A stretch of 64,000 bases of DNA from Candidatus Krumholzibacteriia bacterium (GTDB lineage: Bacteria > Krumholzibacteriota > Krumholzibacteriia > JAJRXK01), in contig JBGPIA010000005.1 of assembly GCA_041484665.1 (NCBI GenBank), positions 32,001-96,000 on the forward strand. Direction: 5' to 3'. Below the pieces are notes generated by a model. That model was not told where the DNA came from and made no database searches. It worked only from the letters and a program-made list of their open reading frames with translations. The position numbers were made by a program, and so were the translations under genes. Positions 37,657-48,070 of the stretch are shown here, one piece after another; within the stretch, counting starts at the first letter, position 1; each line of letters opens with the position of its first letter.

Positions 37657-39456
37657 ATGGATTCGAGCCGCACGCGCAACTTCTGCATCATCGCCCACAT
37701 CGACCACGGCAAGTCGACGCTCGCCGACCGTCTGCTCGAGCTGACCGGCACGGTCGACGCCAAGGACATGCGGGCGCAGCTCCTGGACTCGATGGACATC
37801 GAGCAGGAGCGCGGGATCACCATCAAGAGCCATCCCATCCGCATGATCTGGCGCGCCGCCGGCGGCCAGGACTACCTGCTCCATCTGATCGACACGCCCG
37901 GGCACGTGGACTTCCACCATGAGGTGAGCCGCAGCCTGGCCGCGTGCGAGGGGACGCTCTTGGTGGTGGACGCGGTGCAGGGCGTCCAGGCCCAGACCAT
38001 CAACAACCTCTACCTCGCCATCGAGCACAACCTGTACATCATCCCCGTCATTAACAAGATCGACCTGCCGGCCGCCCGCCCCGACGAGATCACCGATCAG
38101 ATCGTCGAGCTCACCGGCTGCGACCCGCAGGACGTCATGCGCGTGAGCGCCAAGACCGGCGAGGGAGTCGAGCGGCTGCTGGAGGCGGTCATCGCCCGCG
38201 TACCGCCGCCACGCGGCAGCGCGGACCAGCCCCTGCGGGCGCTGGTGTTCGACAGCGAGTTCGACTCCTACCGCGGGACCATCGCCTACGTCCGCGTGGT
38301 GGACGGCAGCGTGCGCAAGGGGGACGTCATCCGCATGATGGGCGGCGGCCAGGTACACGAGGTGATGGAGACCGGCTTCTTCCGCCTCGAGCAGATCCCC
38401 ACCGACGGCTTGAGCGCCGGGGAGGTGGGCTACCTCGCCACGGGGGCGAAATCGGTCAAGGCGGCGCAGATGGGCGACACGATCACGCTGCGCGACCGGC
38501 CGGCGCAGCAGCCCGTCGTCGGCTACGTCGAGGCCAAGCCCATGGTCTTCAGCGGCTTCTATCCCATCAATGCCGACGACTACGGCGAGCTGAAGGACTC
38601 GTTGGAGAAGCTCCAGCTCAACGACGCCGCGCTGACCTTCGAGCCCGAGACGAGCGCAGCGCTGGGATTCGGCTTCCGATGCGGCTTCCTGGGGCTGCTG
38701 CACATGGAGATCGTGCAGGAGCGGCTGGAGCGCCACTACGGCCTGCAGCTCATCGCGACCCTGCCCAATGTGGAGTACCACGCCACGCTCAAGGATGGCG
38801 AGCCGGTCATCTTCGAAAACCCCAGCAAGATGCCGTCGCCCCAGCAAATCGACACCCTGAGCGAGCCGTACGTGCGCGCCTCGGTCATCGCGCCCAAGGA
38901 GTACGTGGGAGCCGTGATGAAGATCACGCAGGAGCGGCGCGGCGAGCAGCTCTCTCTGCACTACGTCGAGGGCGAGCGCGCGCAGCTGGAGTACCGGATT
39001 CCGCTGGGCGAGATGCTCGTGGACTACTACGACAAGCTGAAGAGCGTGACGCGCGGCTACGCCAGCCTCGACTACGAGTTCGACGGCTACCGCGACAGCG
39101 ACCTGGTCAAGCTCGACATCCTGCTGAATGGCGAGTCAGTGGACGCTTTGAGCATGATCGTCCATCGCAGCAACGCCTACGAGTGGGGGAAGGCGCTGTG
39201 CGAGAAGCTCAAGGAGCTCCTTCCCCGCCAGCTGTTCGAGATCGCCGTGCAAGCCGCCATCGGCGGGCGCGTGGTGGCTCGCTCGACGGTGCGGGCGCTG
39301 CGCAAGAACGTCACCGCCAAGTGCTACGGCGGCGACATCACGCGCAAGCGCAAGCTCCTGGAGAAGCAGAAGGAGGGCAAGCGGCGCATGAAGCAGGTGG
39401 GCAGCGTGGAGATTCCGCAGGAGGCCTTCCTGGCCGTGCTCAAGGTGGAGCGCTGA
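37657..39456 (+). CDS. lepA: Elongation factor 4
   Basis: [56 protein letters not shown]. Confidence 0.98.
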   Translation: MDSSRTRNFCIIAHIDHGKSTLADRLLELTGTVDAKDMRAQLLDSMDIEQERGITIKSHPIRMIWRAAGGQDYLLHLIDTPGHVDFHHEVSRSLAACEGTLLVVDAVQGVQAQTINNLYLAIEHNLYIIPVINKIDLPAARPDEITDQIVELTGCDPQDVMRVSAKTGEGVERLLEAVIARVPPPRGSADQPLRALVFDSEFDSYRGTIAYVRVVDGSVRKGDVIRMMGGGQVHEVMETGFFRLEQIPTDGLSAGEVGYLATGAKSVKAAQMGDTITLRDRPAQQPVVGYVEAKPMVFSGFYPINADDYGELKDSLEKLQLNDAALTFEPETSAALGFGFRCGFLGLLHMEIVQERLERHYGLQLIATLPNVEYHATLKDGEPVIFENPSKMPSPQQIDTLSEPYVRASVIAPKEYVGAVMKITQERRGEQLSLHYVEGERAQLEYRIPLGEMLVDYYDKLKSVTRGYASLDYEFDGYRDSDLVKLDILLNGESVDALSMIVHRSNAYEWGKALCEKLKELLPRQLFEIAVQAAIGGRVVARSTVRALRKNVTAKCYGGDITRKRKLLEKQKEGKRRMKQVGSVEIPQEAFLAVLKVER

Positions 39457-39496
39457 GCGCCGCTCTCGTCGGGCGCAGCCAGCAGGGGAGAACGCC

Positions 39497-40159
39497 ATGG
39501 CCAACCCCCGGCCGTCCGCCGGAGTGAAGCCCCGCAAGCGCGGCGCTGCACGCCTTGTACGCGCGGCGCTGCTCGTGCTGCTGTTGGCGCTGTTGTGGCC
39601 GGGGCTGGCCTTCGAGCCGTACCGCATCCCATCGCGCTCCATGGAGGAGACTCTGCTGCCCGGCGACTTCCTGCTGGTGGACCGGGTCCGCTTCGGCCTA
39701 CTGATCCCGTTTGGCCACGGGGCGCACCTGCCGGCGCTGCGCCGGCCCCGCGCTGGTGACATCGTCGTGTTCGAGCACCCCGCGCATCCGGGGGAGGACT
39801 ACGTCAAGCGCTGCGTCGCGGTGGAAGGGGATACGGTGCTGTGCACCGGGGGAGTGGTCTACCGCAACGGCGCCCAGTTGGACGAGCCGTACACGAAGCG
39901 CGGGGAAACCGGCGAGGCGCCTGCGGGCCAGGCTGCGGACCAGGCTGCGGACCCGGCGCGCGACGTGCTGGGCCCGCTGGTGGTCCCTGCCGGGCACGTA
40001 CTCGTACTGGGCGATAACCGGGGCTACAGCAGCGATTCGCGGCGCTTCGGTCCGTTGGATGTCCGCTTGATCCGGGGCAAGGTCGTGCTGGTCTATTTCT
40101 CGTGGGATCCGCAGCGCGAGCGCGTGCGCCTGTCGCGCCTGCTGCGCGCCCCCGCATGA
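39497..40159 (+). CDS. lepB: Signal peptidase I (copy 1)
   Basis: IPSRSMEETLLPGD, YVKRC, LGDNRGYSSDSR. Confidence 0.92.
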   Translation: MANPRPSAGVKPRKRGAARLVRAALLVLLLALLWPGLAFEPYRIPSRSMEETLLPGDFLLVDRVRFGLLIPFGHGAHLPALRRPRAGDIVVFEHPAHPGEDYVKRCVAVEGDTVLCTGGVVYRNGAQLDEPYTKRGETGEAPAGQAADQAADPARDVLGPLVVPAGHVLVLGDNRGYSSDSRRFGPLDVRLIRGKVVLVYFSWDPQRERVRLSRLLRAPA

Positions 40160-41529
40160 CCAAGGGCATCCGCATAAGCGAGCGGGCTGCCGTCACGCAG
40201 ACCGCCAGCGTCACCGGGCGCGCTAGCGCGCCCAAGCACGTGCGCCAGGGAGCGATGGGCATGGACCACCACGACGCCCGGCTGCCACAGCCCTCCCGCG
40301 GCCGCGCGCCCGGGTCGTCGCTGTACATCCACGTGCCGTTCTGCGAGGTGCGCTGCCCCTACTGCCACTTCTACTGCTTCGTGAACCGCGACCCGGCGCT
40401 GCCGCGCCGCTACGCGGCGGCGGTGCGCGGCGAGCTGGCACTCCATCGCGCGCGCCTGGCGGAGCTGGGCCCGGTGCAGTCGGTGTACTTCGGCGGCGGC
40501 ACGCCGTCGGCGCTGCCCGGCGACGCGCGAGCGGATCTGTGCGCGTGGCTGACGGAGGAGGTCCGTCCACTGCTCGCGCCAGATGCGGAGATCACACTGG
40601 AGGTGAATCCCGAGAGCGCGCGGCCGGACGTGCTGCGGGCATGGCTGCAAGCCGGTGTGAACCGCATCAGCCTGGGTATCCAGAGCATGGACGAGGACGT
40701 GCTCCGCTTCCTGGGCCGCCTGAACACTCCGCAGAGCAACCGCGGCGCGCTGGAGCTGGCCTGCCAACTGGTGGACAACGTTTCGGTGGACCTCATCCTG
40801 GCCACCCCGGGCAGCGACTGGCCTGGGACGCTGCAGGATCTGAACGCCGTCGCCGCGTTTCCGGTCACGCACGTTTCGGCCTATCTGCTGGAGATCCACT
40901 CCGACACGCGCTTCGGCCGCGACGTGGCGGCAGGGCGCTGGCGCCCGCAGCCCGACGACGCCCAGAGCGAGCTCTACCTGCGGGCGGGCGCCTGGCTCGC
41001 GGGGCGCGGGTTCGTTCCCTACGAGCTCAGCAACTTCGGACAACCGGGCTTTGCCTCGCGCCACAACCAGCGCTACTGGCAACGACTACCCTACTTCGGC
41101 CTGGGGCCGTCGGCGTGCTCGTTTTTCGGTGAGCGCCGCTGGGAAAACCACCGCGACGCGCAGGCGTACTGCGCGGACCTCGAGCGCGGGCAGGCGCCCA
41201 CGGCCTGGGTGGAGGAGCTCAGCGACTCCCAGCGACGGATGGAGCGGATCCTGCTGGGGCTGCGCACCGTCGACGGCATCCCGCGGTCGCTGGTGGCGGA
41301 CCGGCAATCGCTGCTGGAAGCCTGGGCGGCGGCCGGCCTGGTCGAGCTGCGCGGCAACCGCGTCGTTAGCACCGTTCGCGGCTGGCTCGTGCTGGACCAG
41401 ATCGTGCAGCAGCTGACCGCTCAGGTGTCGCCGGTGAGCGCAGTCGCCGCCACGGCCACGGCCACGGCAAATGCCACGGCGACTGCCATGGCGAGTGCCG
41501 CGGGAACTGCCGCCAGCCCGCCAGCGTAG
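40156..41529 (+). CDS. hemW: Radical SAM heme chaperone HemW (HemN-like)
   Basis: SLYIHVPFCEVRCPYCHF, YFGGGTPS, EVNP, YELSNF, HNQRYW. Between lepA and hrcA. Confidence 0.9.
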   Translation: MTKGIRISERAAVTQTASVTGRASAPKHVRQGAMGMDHHDARLPQPSRGRAPGSSLYIHVPFCEVRCPYCHFYCFVNRDPALPRRYAAAVRGELALHRARLAELGPVQSVYFGGGTPSALPGDARADLCAWLTEEVRPLLAPDAEITLEVNPESARPDVLRAWLQAGVNRISLGIQSMDEDVLRFLGRLNTPQSNRGALELACQLVDNVSVDLILATPGSDWPGTLQDLNAVAAFPVTHVSAYLLEIHSDTRFGRDVAAGRWRPQPDDAQSELYLRAGAWLAGRGFVPYELSNFGQPGFASRHNQRYWQRLPYFGLGPSACSFFGERRWENHRDAQAYCADLERGQAPTAWVEELSDSQRRMERILLGLRTVDGIPRSLVADRQSLLEAWAAAGLVELRGNRVVSTVRGWLVLDQIVQQLTAQVSPVSAVAATATATANATATAMASAAGTAASPPA

Positions 41530-41712
41530 GAGGCTTCATCTCCACTTTTGCAGCGGCGCGGCCGTGCGTTCCGGGCTAGACTGTGGACTTCTTTGGGCTC
41601 GCGCGATGCGCCCGGCGACATGCGTGTTCGTGTCCGCGCCGCGCGCGCAGCCGCGCCAGCGAACGCGGACCGGCCATTCCCGCGACCGACGCACGATTCG
41701 AGAGGCAGCAGC

Positions 41713-42435
41713 ATGAGCGCAGGATCGAAGGACCCCGCAGGCGAGGGGACGCCGTCGTCGAGCGCGGCGAGCGCCGCCGGCGGTGCAGGCGCGGTATCCT
41801 CCACGGCGCCCGTGGCCACTGCCTCCGCGCGTCCGGCGAAGCACCGCTCGATCTGGCGCGAGTACCTCGAGGCCTTCGTCATGGCGGCGGTGCTGGCGCT
41901 GGGGATCCGCTCGTTCATCATCCAGGGCTACCGCATTCCGTCACCCTCGATGGAGGATACGCTACTGGTGGGGGACTGGCTGTTCGTCAACAAGTTCCTC
42001 TTCGGGGCCGAGATCCCGTTCACCGGCCTGCGGCTGCCCGCCATCCGCCAGCCGCACCGTGGCGACATCATCGTCTTCCGCTACCCGAAGAATCCGAAGG
42101 AGGACTACATCAAGCGCTGCGTCGCCGTGGAGGGCGACACGCTGCTCTACAAGAACAAGGTCCTCTACGTCAATGGTGTGGCGCAGAAGGAGCCCTTCGT
42201 CCACTTCGCCGACGGTGACCGGATCATGGCCAGCCGCGACTTCTTCGGTCCGGTGGTCGTGCCCAAGGGGCAGCTCTTCATGATGGGCGACAACCGCGAT
42301 CGCAGCAGCGACTCGCGTTTCTGGGGCTTCATGGACAAGCGCCTGATCCGCGGGAAGGCCCTGTTCATCTACTTCTCGTGGGACGGCGAGCACAAGCGCG
42401 TGCGCTTCTCCCGGTTTCTGAACGCCATCCGCTGA
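41713..42435 (+). CDS. lepB: Signal peptidase I (copy 2)
   Basis: IPSPSMEDTLLVGD, YIKRC, MGDNRDRSSDSRFWG. Confidence 0.94.
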   Translation: MSAGSKDPAGEGTPSSSAASAAGGAGAVSSTAPVATASARPAKHRSIWREYLEAFVMAAVLALGIRSFIIQGYRIPSPSMEDTLLVGDWLFVNKFLFGAEIPFTGLRLPAIRQPHRGDIIVFRYPKNPKEDYIKRCVAVEGDTLLYKNKVLYVNGVAQKEPFVHFADGDRIMASRDFFGPVVVPKGQLFMMGDNRDRSSDSRFWGFMDKRLIRGKALFIYFSWDGEHKRVRFSRFLNAIR

Positions 42436-42436
42436 C

Positions 42437-42522
42437 GCTCTCGCCGGCGCTCCTGCGAGCGCTCCCGCTGAGACTCCTGCCGGCGCTCCTGCCGGAGCGT
42501 GCCGCGGCGCTCCCCCGGCGCC
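42437..42522. repeat. ~12-bp-period degenerate intergenic repeat
   Basis: cctgccggcgct-like units. Confidence 0.6.
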
Positions 42523-42570
42523 TTTCGGCAGCCCGCTCGGCGGGTGCGCCGTCGATGGGTCCCGCCCACC

Positions 42571-42600
42571 TTGACACTCCTGCGTGGCTGACCTAATCGT
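42571..42600 (+). promoter_or_regulatory. Putative hrcA-dnaK operon promoter
   Basis: TTGACA-N17-TAATCG(T). Confidence 0.5.
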
Positions 42601-42652
42601 TGGCAAGAGGGGCCAGCACCGTCGTGAAGGGCCGCCCGCGAGGGGAACGCAC

Positions 42653-43681
42653 ATGCGCAAGTCCGTCGAGAACCGCGAGCTGCGTGTGCTCGAGGCGCTC
42701 ATCAAGCTGTACGTCGAGCGCCGCGCGCCCATCAGCAGCCGGATGCTCGAGCAGCACGCCGGGCTGGGAATCCGCAGCGCGTCGATCCGCTCGGTGCTGG
42801 GCGAGCTCGAGGGCCGGGGGTATCTTTCGCAGCCGCATTCGAGCTCCGGCCGGGTGCCCACCGAGGACGGCTTCCGGGCCTACGTCGACGCGCGCGTGAC
42901 GCCCGAGCCCCTCGGCGAGCTCGAGCGCCGTGAGATCGAGCGGGCGTTGAGCGCGGCCGGCCAGGATCTGTCGGACATCGTGCAGGCCACCGCGCAGGTG
43001 CTGGGCCGCCTCAGCTCGAACATCGCCATCGTCGCCGGGCCGTGGTCGGGAAGCCCGCGCATCCAGCGAATCGAGCTCCAGGAGCGCGGTGTGGGGCGGG
43101 TGCTCGTGGTGATCGCGCTGGACAACCGCGCGACGCGCAGCGAGATCGTCACGCTTCAACGCCGGGTGGGGCCCGAGACGCTCCGCGCGGCTGCGGCGTT
43201 CCTCGCCGATCGGCTCGGAGGGCGCACCCTGGAGGAGACGCGGCGCGACCTGGAGCAGTTGCTCTCGGGCGGGGGCAGCGAGGCGCAGGACGTCGCCGCA
43301 CAGGTGGCACGGGGATCCCGGTCGCTACTGGACGCGGACCGGATCCTCCAGCTCACCTTCGAAGGCGTGGCGGAGGCCCTCGAGCAGCCCGAGTTCGCCG
43401 AACCCGCGCGCTTGAAAGCGCTGCTGGAGCTCATGTCGAAGGCCGAGGAGTTCGAGCGGGCGCTGGAGGTGTTCGTGCGCGAGGGGAAGGGCGAGGTCAG
43501 CATGGCCATCGGGCACGAGAACCCGCTGGCTGCTCTGCACCCCTTCTCGCTGGTGGCGACCCGCTACCAGCTCGGCGGGCTCTATGGATACCTGGGGATC
43601 CTGGGGCCGGTGCGGATGCGGTATTCCCGCAGCCTCGCCTTGATCCGGGCGATCGCCAGCCACCTCGACCGCCTCGCCTAG
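42653..43681 (+). CDS. hrcA: Heat-inducible transcription repressor
   Basis: SASIRSVLGELE..GYLSQPHSSSGRVPT..GFRAYVD, QPEF, GILGPVRMRY. Confidence 0.93.
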   Translation: MRKSVENRELRVLEALIKLYVERRAPISSRMLEQHAGLGIRSASIRSVLGELEGRGYLSQPHSSSGRVPTEDGFRAYVDARVTPEPLGELERREIERALSAAGQDLSDIVQATAQVLGRLSSNIAIVAGPWSGSPRIQRIELQERGVGRVLVVIALDNRATRSEIVTLQRRVGPETLRAAAAFLADRLGGRTLEETRRDLEQLLSGGGSEAQDVAAQVARGSRSLLDADRILQLTFEGVAEALEQPEFAEPARLKALLELMSKAEEFERALEVFVREGKGEVSMAIGHENPLAALHPFSLVATRYQLGGLYGYLGILGPVRMRYSRSLALIRAIASHLDRLA

Positions 43682-43827
43682 GACACCCCATCACGACCGG
43701 CCGGAGTGGTCACGGATCGACCGGCTAGGCCCCGGGTGACCGACGCGCCACGAATCTTGCTCGGGCGATCGCAGGCCGCACCGGCGGCCCGCGTCGGCGG
43801 GCGCAGACGGTGAGGAGAATCGAAGCG

Positions 43828-44631
43828 ATGCCAGGCTCCCACGACTTCGACCCCAACACGGCCTGGGGGGCGGGGGACCGTTCGGCGGACCAGCCTCTTG
43901 ACGATCCTCGGGCGCCCAGAGCGGAGGCTCCGTTGCGTAATCTCGACCTCGAGCTCGACCTGGACCTGGATCTTCCTGGAGAGGTCGAGGCGCGCCGGCG
44001 CATGGCGGAGCAGGCCGCTCGCGCGGCCAGCCCGGCCGATGCCGCGGCCGGCGAGACGCCGCCCGCCCAGGGGCCGCCGGCCGCGGGCGTCGCGGAGGCG
44101 GCCGCCGGGGGGTCGGCAGAAACGTCCGCGGAGGCCGCCGCCGGCCCCATCCGCGCCGCAGGCGACCAGGATCTGGCCGCCGCCATGGAGCAGCTCCAGG
44201 CAGAAGTGCAGCTCAATCGTGAGAAGTGGCTGCGCGCCATGGCCGAGTTGGAGAACTTCCGCAAGCGGACGCGCCGGGAGATGGAGTCTTCCATCCTTTT
44301 TGCTAACGCCAATCTATTGAGGGAGCTCTTGGAGGTGCTCGACAATTTCGAGCGGGCCCTCTCCGCTCCCGTGGGCGGCGAGAACGGGCCGGGAAATGCG
44401 TTGGCGCAAGGAGTTCGGCTGATCTACGAGCGTTTCCGCGACATCCTCCGCCAGAACGGGGTCGTGCGCATCGACGCGGTGGCTGTCCCGTTCGATCCGA
44501 ATTTGCACGAGGCGATCTCGCAAGTTGAGAGTGAGGGAGTCCCGAGTCACCACGTGGTGGAGGTCGCGCAGGCCGGCTACCTCCTCAAGGACATGGTCCT
44601 GCGCCCGGCCCGGGTGGTCGTCGCAAAGTAA
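43828..44631 (+). CDS. grpE: Nucleotide exchange factor GrpE
   Basis: LRAMAELENFRKR, VLDNFERAL, FDPNLHEA, GY..VLRPARVVVAK. Confidence 0.95.
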   Translation: MPGSHDFDPNTAWGAGDRSADQPLDDPRAPRAEAPLRNLDLELDLDLDLPGEVEARRRMAEQAARAASPADAAAGETPPAQGPPAAGVAEAAAGGSAETSAEAAAGPIRAAGDQDLAAAMEQLQAEVQLNREKWLRAMAELENFRKRTRREMESSILFANANLLRELLEVLDNFERALSAPVGGENGPGNALAQGVRLIYERFRDILRQNGVVRIDAVAVPFDPNLHEAISQVESEGVPSHHVVEVAQAGYLLKDMVLRPARVVVAK

Positions 44632-44661
44632 GGGGTCGCTCCCGGCCTCTTGGGGGGTTCC

Positions 44662-46455
44662 ATGAGCAAGGTCATCGGCATCGATCTGGGGACGACCAAC
44701 AGCGTGGTCGCCATCCTCCAGATGGGCCAGCCTGAGGTGATCGTGAACCAGCACGGCCACCGCACGACGCCTTCGGTGGTGTGCAAGAGCAAGACGGCGG
44801 AGTGGCTGGTCGGGCAGCTCGCCAAGCGCCAGGCGGTGACGAACCCGGAGCACACCGTCTGCTCGATCAAGCGCTTCATGGGACGCCGCTTCGACGAGGT
44901 CTCCACCGAGATCGCCCGCGTCAGCTACACCGCCATCAAGGACCCCAACGGCATGGTCGCCGTCGAGATCGACGACCAGCTCCACAGCCCCGTCGAGTTC
45001 TCGGCGATGATCCTGCGCACCCTGCGCGAGTGTGCCGAGGAGTCCACCGGCGAGGACATCAAGCAGGCCGTGATCACCGTGCCGGCTTACTTCAACGATG
45101 CGCAGCGTCAGGCCACCAAGGACGCCGGGCGCGTCGCCGGGCTGGACGTCCTGCGCATCATCAATGAGCCCACCGCGGCGGCGCTGGCCTTCGGCCTCGA
45201 CAAGCACACCAACCAGCGCATTGCCGTCTACGACCTCGGCGGCGGCACGTTCGACATCTCGATCCTGCACGTCGGCGATGGCGTATTCGAGGTGAAGGCC
45301 ACCAACGGCGACACCCACCTGGGCGGCGACGATATCGACCAGGTCGTGATCGAGTATCTGGTGGAGGAGTTCAAGAAGGCGCAGCGGATCGACCTCGGCC
45401 GCGACCGCATGGCCATGAGCCGGCTGCGCGAGGCCGCGGAGAAAGCCAAGTGCGAGCTCTCCACGAGCCTCGAGGCGCACATCAACATCCCGTTCGTCAC
45501 CAGCGACGAGAGCGGCCCCGTGCACCTGGACATGACGATCTCTCGAGCGCGTTTCGAGAAGCTGGTGCAGCCGCTCATCGAGCGCACGCTGGAGCCCTGT
45601 CGCGCCTGCCTGACCGACGCCGGCATGAAGACCGCCGAGATCGACGAAGTGATCCTGGTCGGCGGCTCCACGCGCATCCCGGCCGTCCAGGAGGCGGTGG
45701 CCAAGCTCTTCGGCAAGCGGCCGAACAAGACCGTCAACCCCGATGAGGTCGTGGCGCTGGGCGCGGCGATCCAGGCCGGGGTGCTCAGCGGCGACGTCGA
45801 GGACGTGCTCCTGCTCGACGTGACGCCGTTGTCGTTGGGCATCGAGACGCTGGGCGGCGTGATGACCAAGCTCATCGATCGCAACACCACCATCCCCACG
45901 CGCAAGACCCAGATCTTCTCCACAGCTACCGACAATCAACAAGCGGTCAGCATCCACGTCCTGCAGGGCGAGCGCGAGATGGCTGCCGACAACCGCAGCC
46001 TGGGGCGCTTCGACCTCGTGGGGCTGCCGCCGGCGCCGCGCGGCGTGCCGCAGATCGAGGTGACGTTCGACATCGATGCCAACGGGATCCTGGAGGTCTC
46101 TGCGCGCGACATGGGCACGGGCAAGGCCCAGAAGATCTCCGTGAAGAGCACGAGCAATCTGCGCGAGGACGACATCGAGCGCATGGTGCGCGAGGCGGAG
46201 ATCCGCGCCGAGGAGGACCGGCAGAAGCGCCGGCTGGCCGAGGCGCGCAACCGTGCCGAGATGCTCCTGCTCAACGTCGAGGGCGTGATCAAGGACTACG
46301 GCGAGCGCGTGACGGAAGAGGACCGCAATAGGATCGCGGAGGACGCCGTGGCCCTGCGCGATCTACTGGAGGGGGAGGACATCGCCGCCATCCAGGCGGC
46401 CATCGAGAAGCTCAACACCTCCTCCCACAAGGTGGCCGACGTCCTGTACCGCTGA
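44662..46455 (+). CDS. dnaK: Chaperone DnaK (Hsp70)
   Basis: [52 protein letters not shown]. Confidence 0.97.
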   Translation: MSKVIGIDLGTTNSVVAILQMGQPEVIVNQHGHRTTPSVVCKSKTAEWLVGQLAKRQAVTNPEHTVCSIKRFMGRRFDEVSTEIARVSYTAIKDPNGMVAVEIDDQLHSPVEFSAMILRTLRECAEESTGEDIKQAVITVPAYFNDAQRQATKDAGRVAGLDVLRIINEPTAAALAFGLDKHTNQRIAVYDLGGGTFDISILHVGDGVFEVKATNGDTHLGGDDIDQVVIEYLVEEFKKAQRIDLGRDRMAMSRLREAAEKAKCELSTSLEAHINIPFVTSDESGPVHLDMTISRARFEKLVQPLIERTLEPCRACLTDAGMKTAEIDEVILVGGSTRIPAVQEAVAKLFGKRPNKTVNPDEVVALGAAIQAGVLSGDVEDVLLLDVTPLSLGIETLGGVMTKLIDRNTTIPTRKTQIFSTATDNQQAVSIHVLQGEREMAADNRSLGRFDLVGLPPAPRGVPQIEVTFDIDANGILEVSARDMGTGKAQKISVKSTSNLREDDIERMVREAEIRAEEDRQKRRLAEARNRAEMLLLNVEGVIKDYGERVTEEDRNRIAEDAVALRDLLEGEDIAAIQAAIEKLNTSSHKVADVLYR

Positions 46456-46660
46456 CGGCGTGGCGCGTCGGACCGGCTCGCACCGCTGACGCGCCCGCAC
46501 GCGGTTCCCGCCCCGCAGCGATGCGCTCGAGGCAGCGCCGTACCGCGGGCCGCTCGGCCCGTACGGCCCTGCGCGCGACGGTCCTCGCCCGCCATCCGAT
46601 CAAGTGTGGATTCCAACCGCGGGCTGCGGAGTGTCGCGCAGAGGACCGTAGGGGCCAAAG

Positions 46661-46830
46661 GGGCGCGATCGTCCGTGCTGCACGAGACCCCGGACTTCTG
46701 CGCGCGCTCGGTGCGGGATTCTCCGCCAGGCGCTCCGCACCCCCCAGCGCGCCGCCGCGATCGAAAGCTTGGAGCAGTGGTTCGCGCTGCGGGGCGAGGG
46801 CTGCGCAGCGGTGAACCGCTCGCCGGGCGT
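46661..46830 (-). repeat. Dispersed ~170-bp hairpin repeat, copy A (dnaK-dnaJ gap)
   Basis: Reverse complement aligns by hand to 62984-63155 at ~75%, including a 20-bp exact run cctcgccccgcagcgcgaac. Confidence 0.85.
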
Positions 46831-46935
46831 CCCCCGCCTGGGCCATTGCCAGCGGCGGCGGAGCGCCTATCCTTTGTCCCAATCGTTCGAGCCTGCCTGC
46901 TTCCTGGATGTTGAGACCGCGGCGGTGGTGCCCTC

Positions 46936-48063
46936 GTGAGCAAGCGCGACTACTACGAGATTCTGGGCGTGCAGCGCGACGCTGGCACCGAGGACGTCAA
47001 GCGTGCCTACCGCAAGCTGGCCGTTAAGTACCACCCCGACAAGAACCCCGGGGATCCCGCCGCCGAGGAGCGGTTCAAGGAGGCCACGGAGGCCTACGAG
47101 GTTCTGCGCGACGAGGACAAGCGGCGCTCCTACGACCAGTTCGGCCACGCCAGCGTCGCTGGCGCACGCGGCGGCGGGCCCGCGGCTGGCGGCGGGTTCG
47201 AGTTCGACCTCAGCGACGCCCTGCGGGCGTTCATGCGCGACTTCGGCGGCTTCGCCGACGTGTTCGGCGACCCGGGCCGAGCGCGGGGTGGACGCGGTGG
47301 CCGCGGGCGCGACCTGCAGATGAAGGTCGGGCTGACGCTGCGCGAGATCGCCACTGGCGTCGAGAAGAAGATCAAGCTGAACAAGCTCGTGCGCTGCGGC
47401 ACGTGCGGCGGATCCGGCGCCAAGCAGGGATCGGGCCCCACCACGTGCCCGCAGTGCGGTGGCCGGGGCCAGCTGCATCGTGTGCAGCGCACGCTGCTGG
47501 GCCAGATCATGAATGCGGTGACCTGTCCCACCTGCCATGGCGAGGGGACCGTCATCGCGCACGCCTGCGACGCGTGCAATGGCACCGGTACGCTGCGCGG
47601 CACCGAGATGATGGAGGTCAAGATCCCCGCCGGCGTCTCCAGCGGCAACTATCTCACGCTCAAGAGCCACGGTGACGCTGGGGAGCACGGCGCGCCCAAC
47701 GGCGACGTGTTCGTGGTGATCGAGGAGGAGGAGGACGAGCTCTTCGAGCGCCACGGCGACGATCTGCTGATCAACGTCCCGGTTTCCAGCTTCGACCTGG
47801 CGCTGGGGACGAAGGTGCAGGTGCCCACCGTGGACGGCAAGGTGAGCCTGCGGATCCCGCCCGGCACCCAGTCCCACAAGATCTTCCGCATGCGCCAGAA
47901 GGGGATTCCCCACCTGCACGGCCATGGGCGCGGGGACGAGCTCGTGCGCGTGATCGCTTGGACGCCCCAGGAGCTCACCCAGGAGCAGCGCGAGCAGCTC
48001 GAGACGCTGCGCGCCCGGCTTGGCGACGGGATCCCGGCTCCCGGCCGCAAGATCTACAGCTGA
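46936..48063 (+). CDS. dnaJ: Chaperone DnaJ
   Basis: DYYEILGV, HPD, four CxxCxGxG. Confidence 0.97.
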   Translation: MSKRDYYEILGVQRDAGTEDVKRAYRKLAVKYHPDKNPGDPAAEERFKEATEAYEVLRDEDKRRSYDQFGHASVAGARGGGPAAGGGFEFDLSDALRAFMRDFGGFADVFGDPGRARGGRGGRGRDLQMKVGLTLREIATGVEKKIKLNKLVRCGTCGGSGAKQGSGPTTCPQCGGRGQLHRVQRTLLGQIMNAVTCPTCHGEGTVIAHACDACNGTGTLRGTEMMEVKIPAGVSSGNYLTLKSHGDAGEHGAPNGDVFVVIEEEEDELFERHGDDLLINVPVSSFDLALGTKVQVPTVDGKVSLRIPPGTQSHKIFRMRQKGIPHLHGHGRGDELVRVIAWTPQELTQEQREQLETLRARLGDGIPAPGRKIYS

Positions 48064-48070
48064 GCCTGCC

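Noticed and set aside
43745..43762. sigma54 promoter before grpE (CGCCACG-N4-TTGC)
   Set aside because: Lacks the invariant GG of the -24 element.
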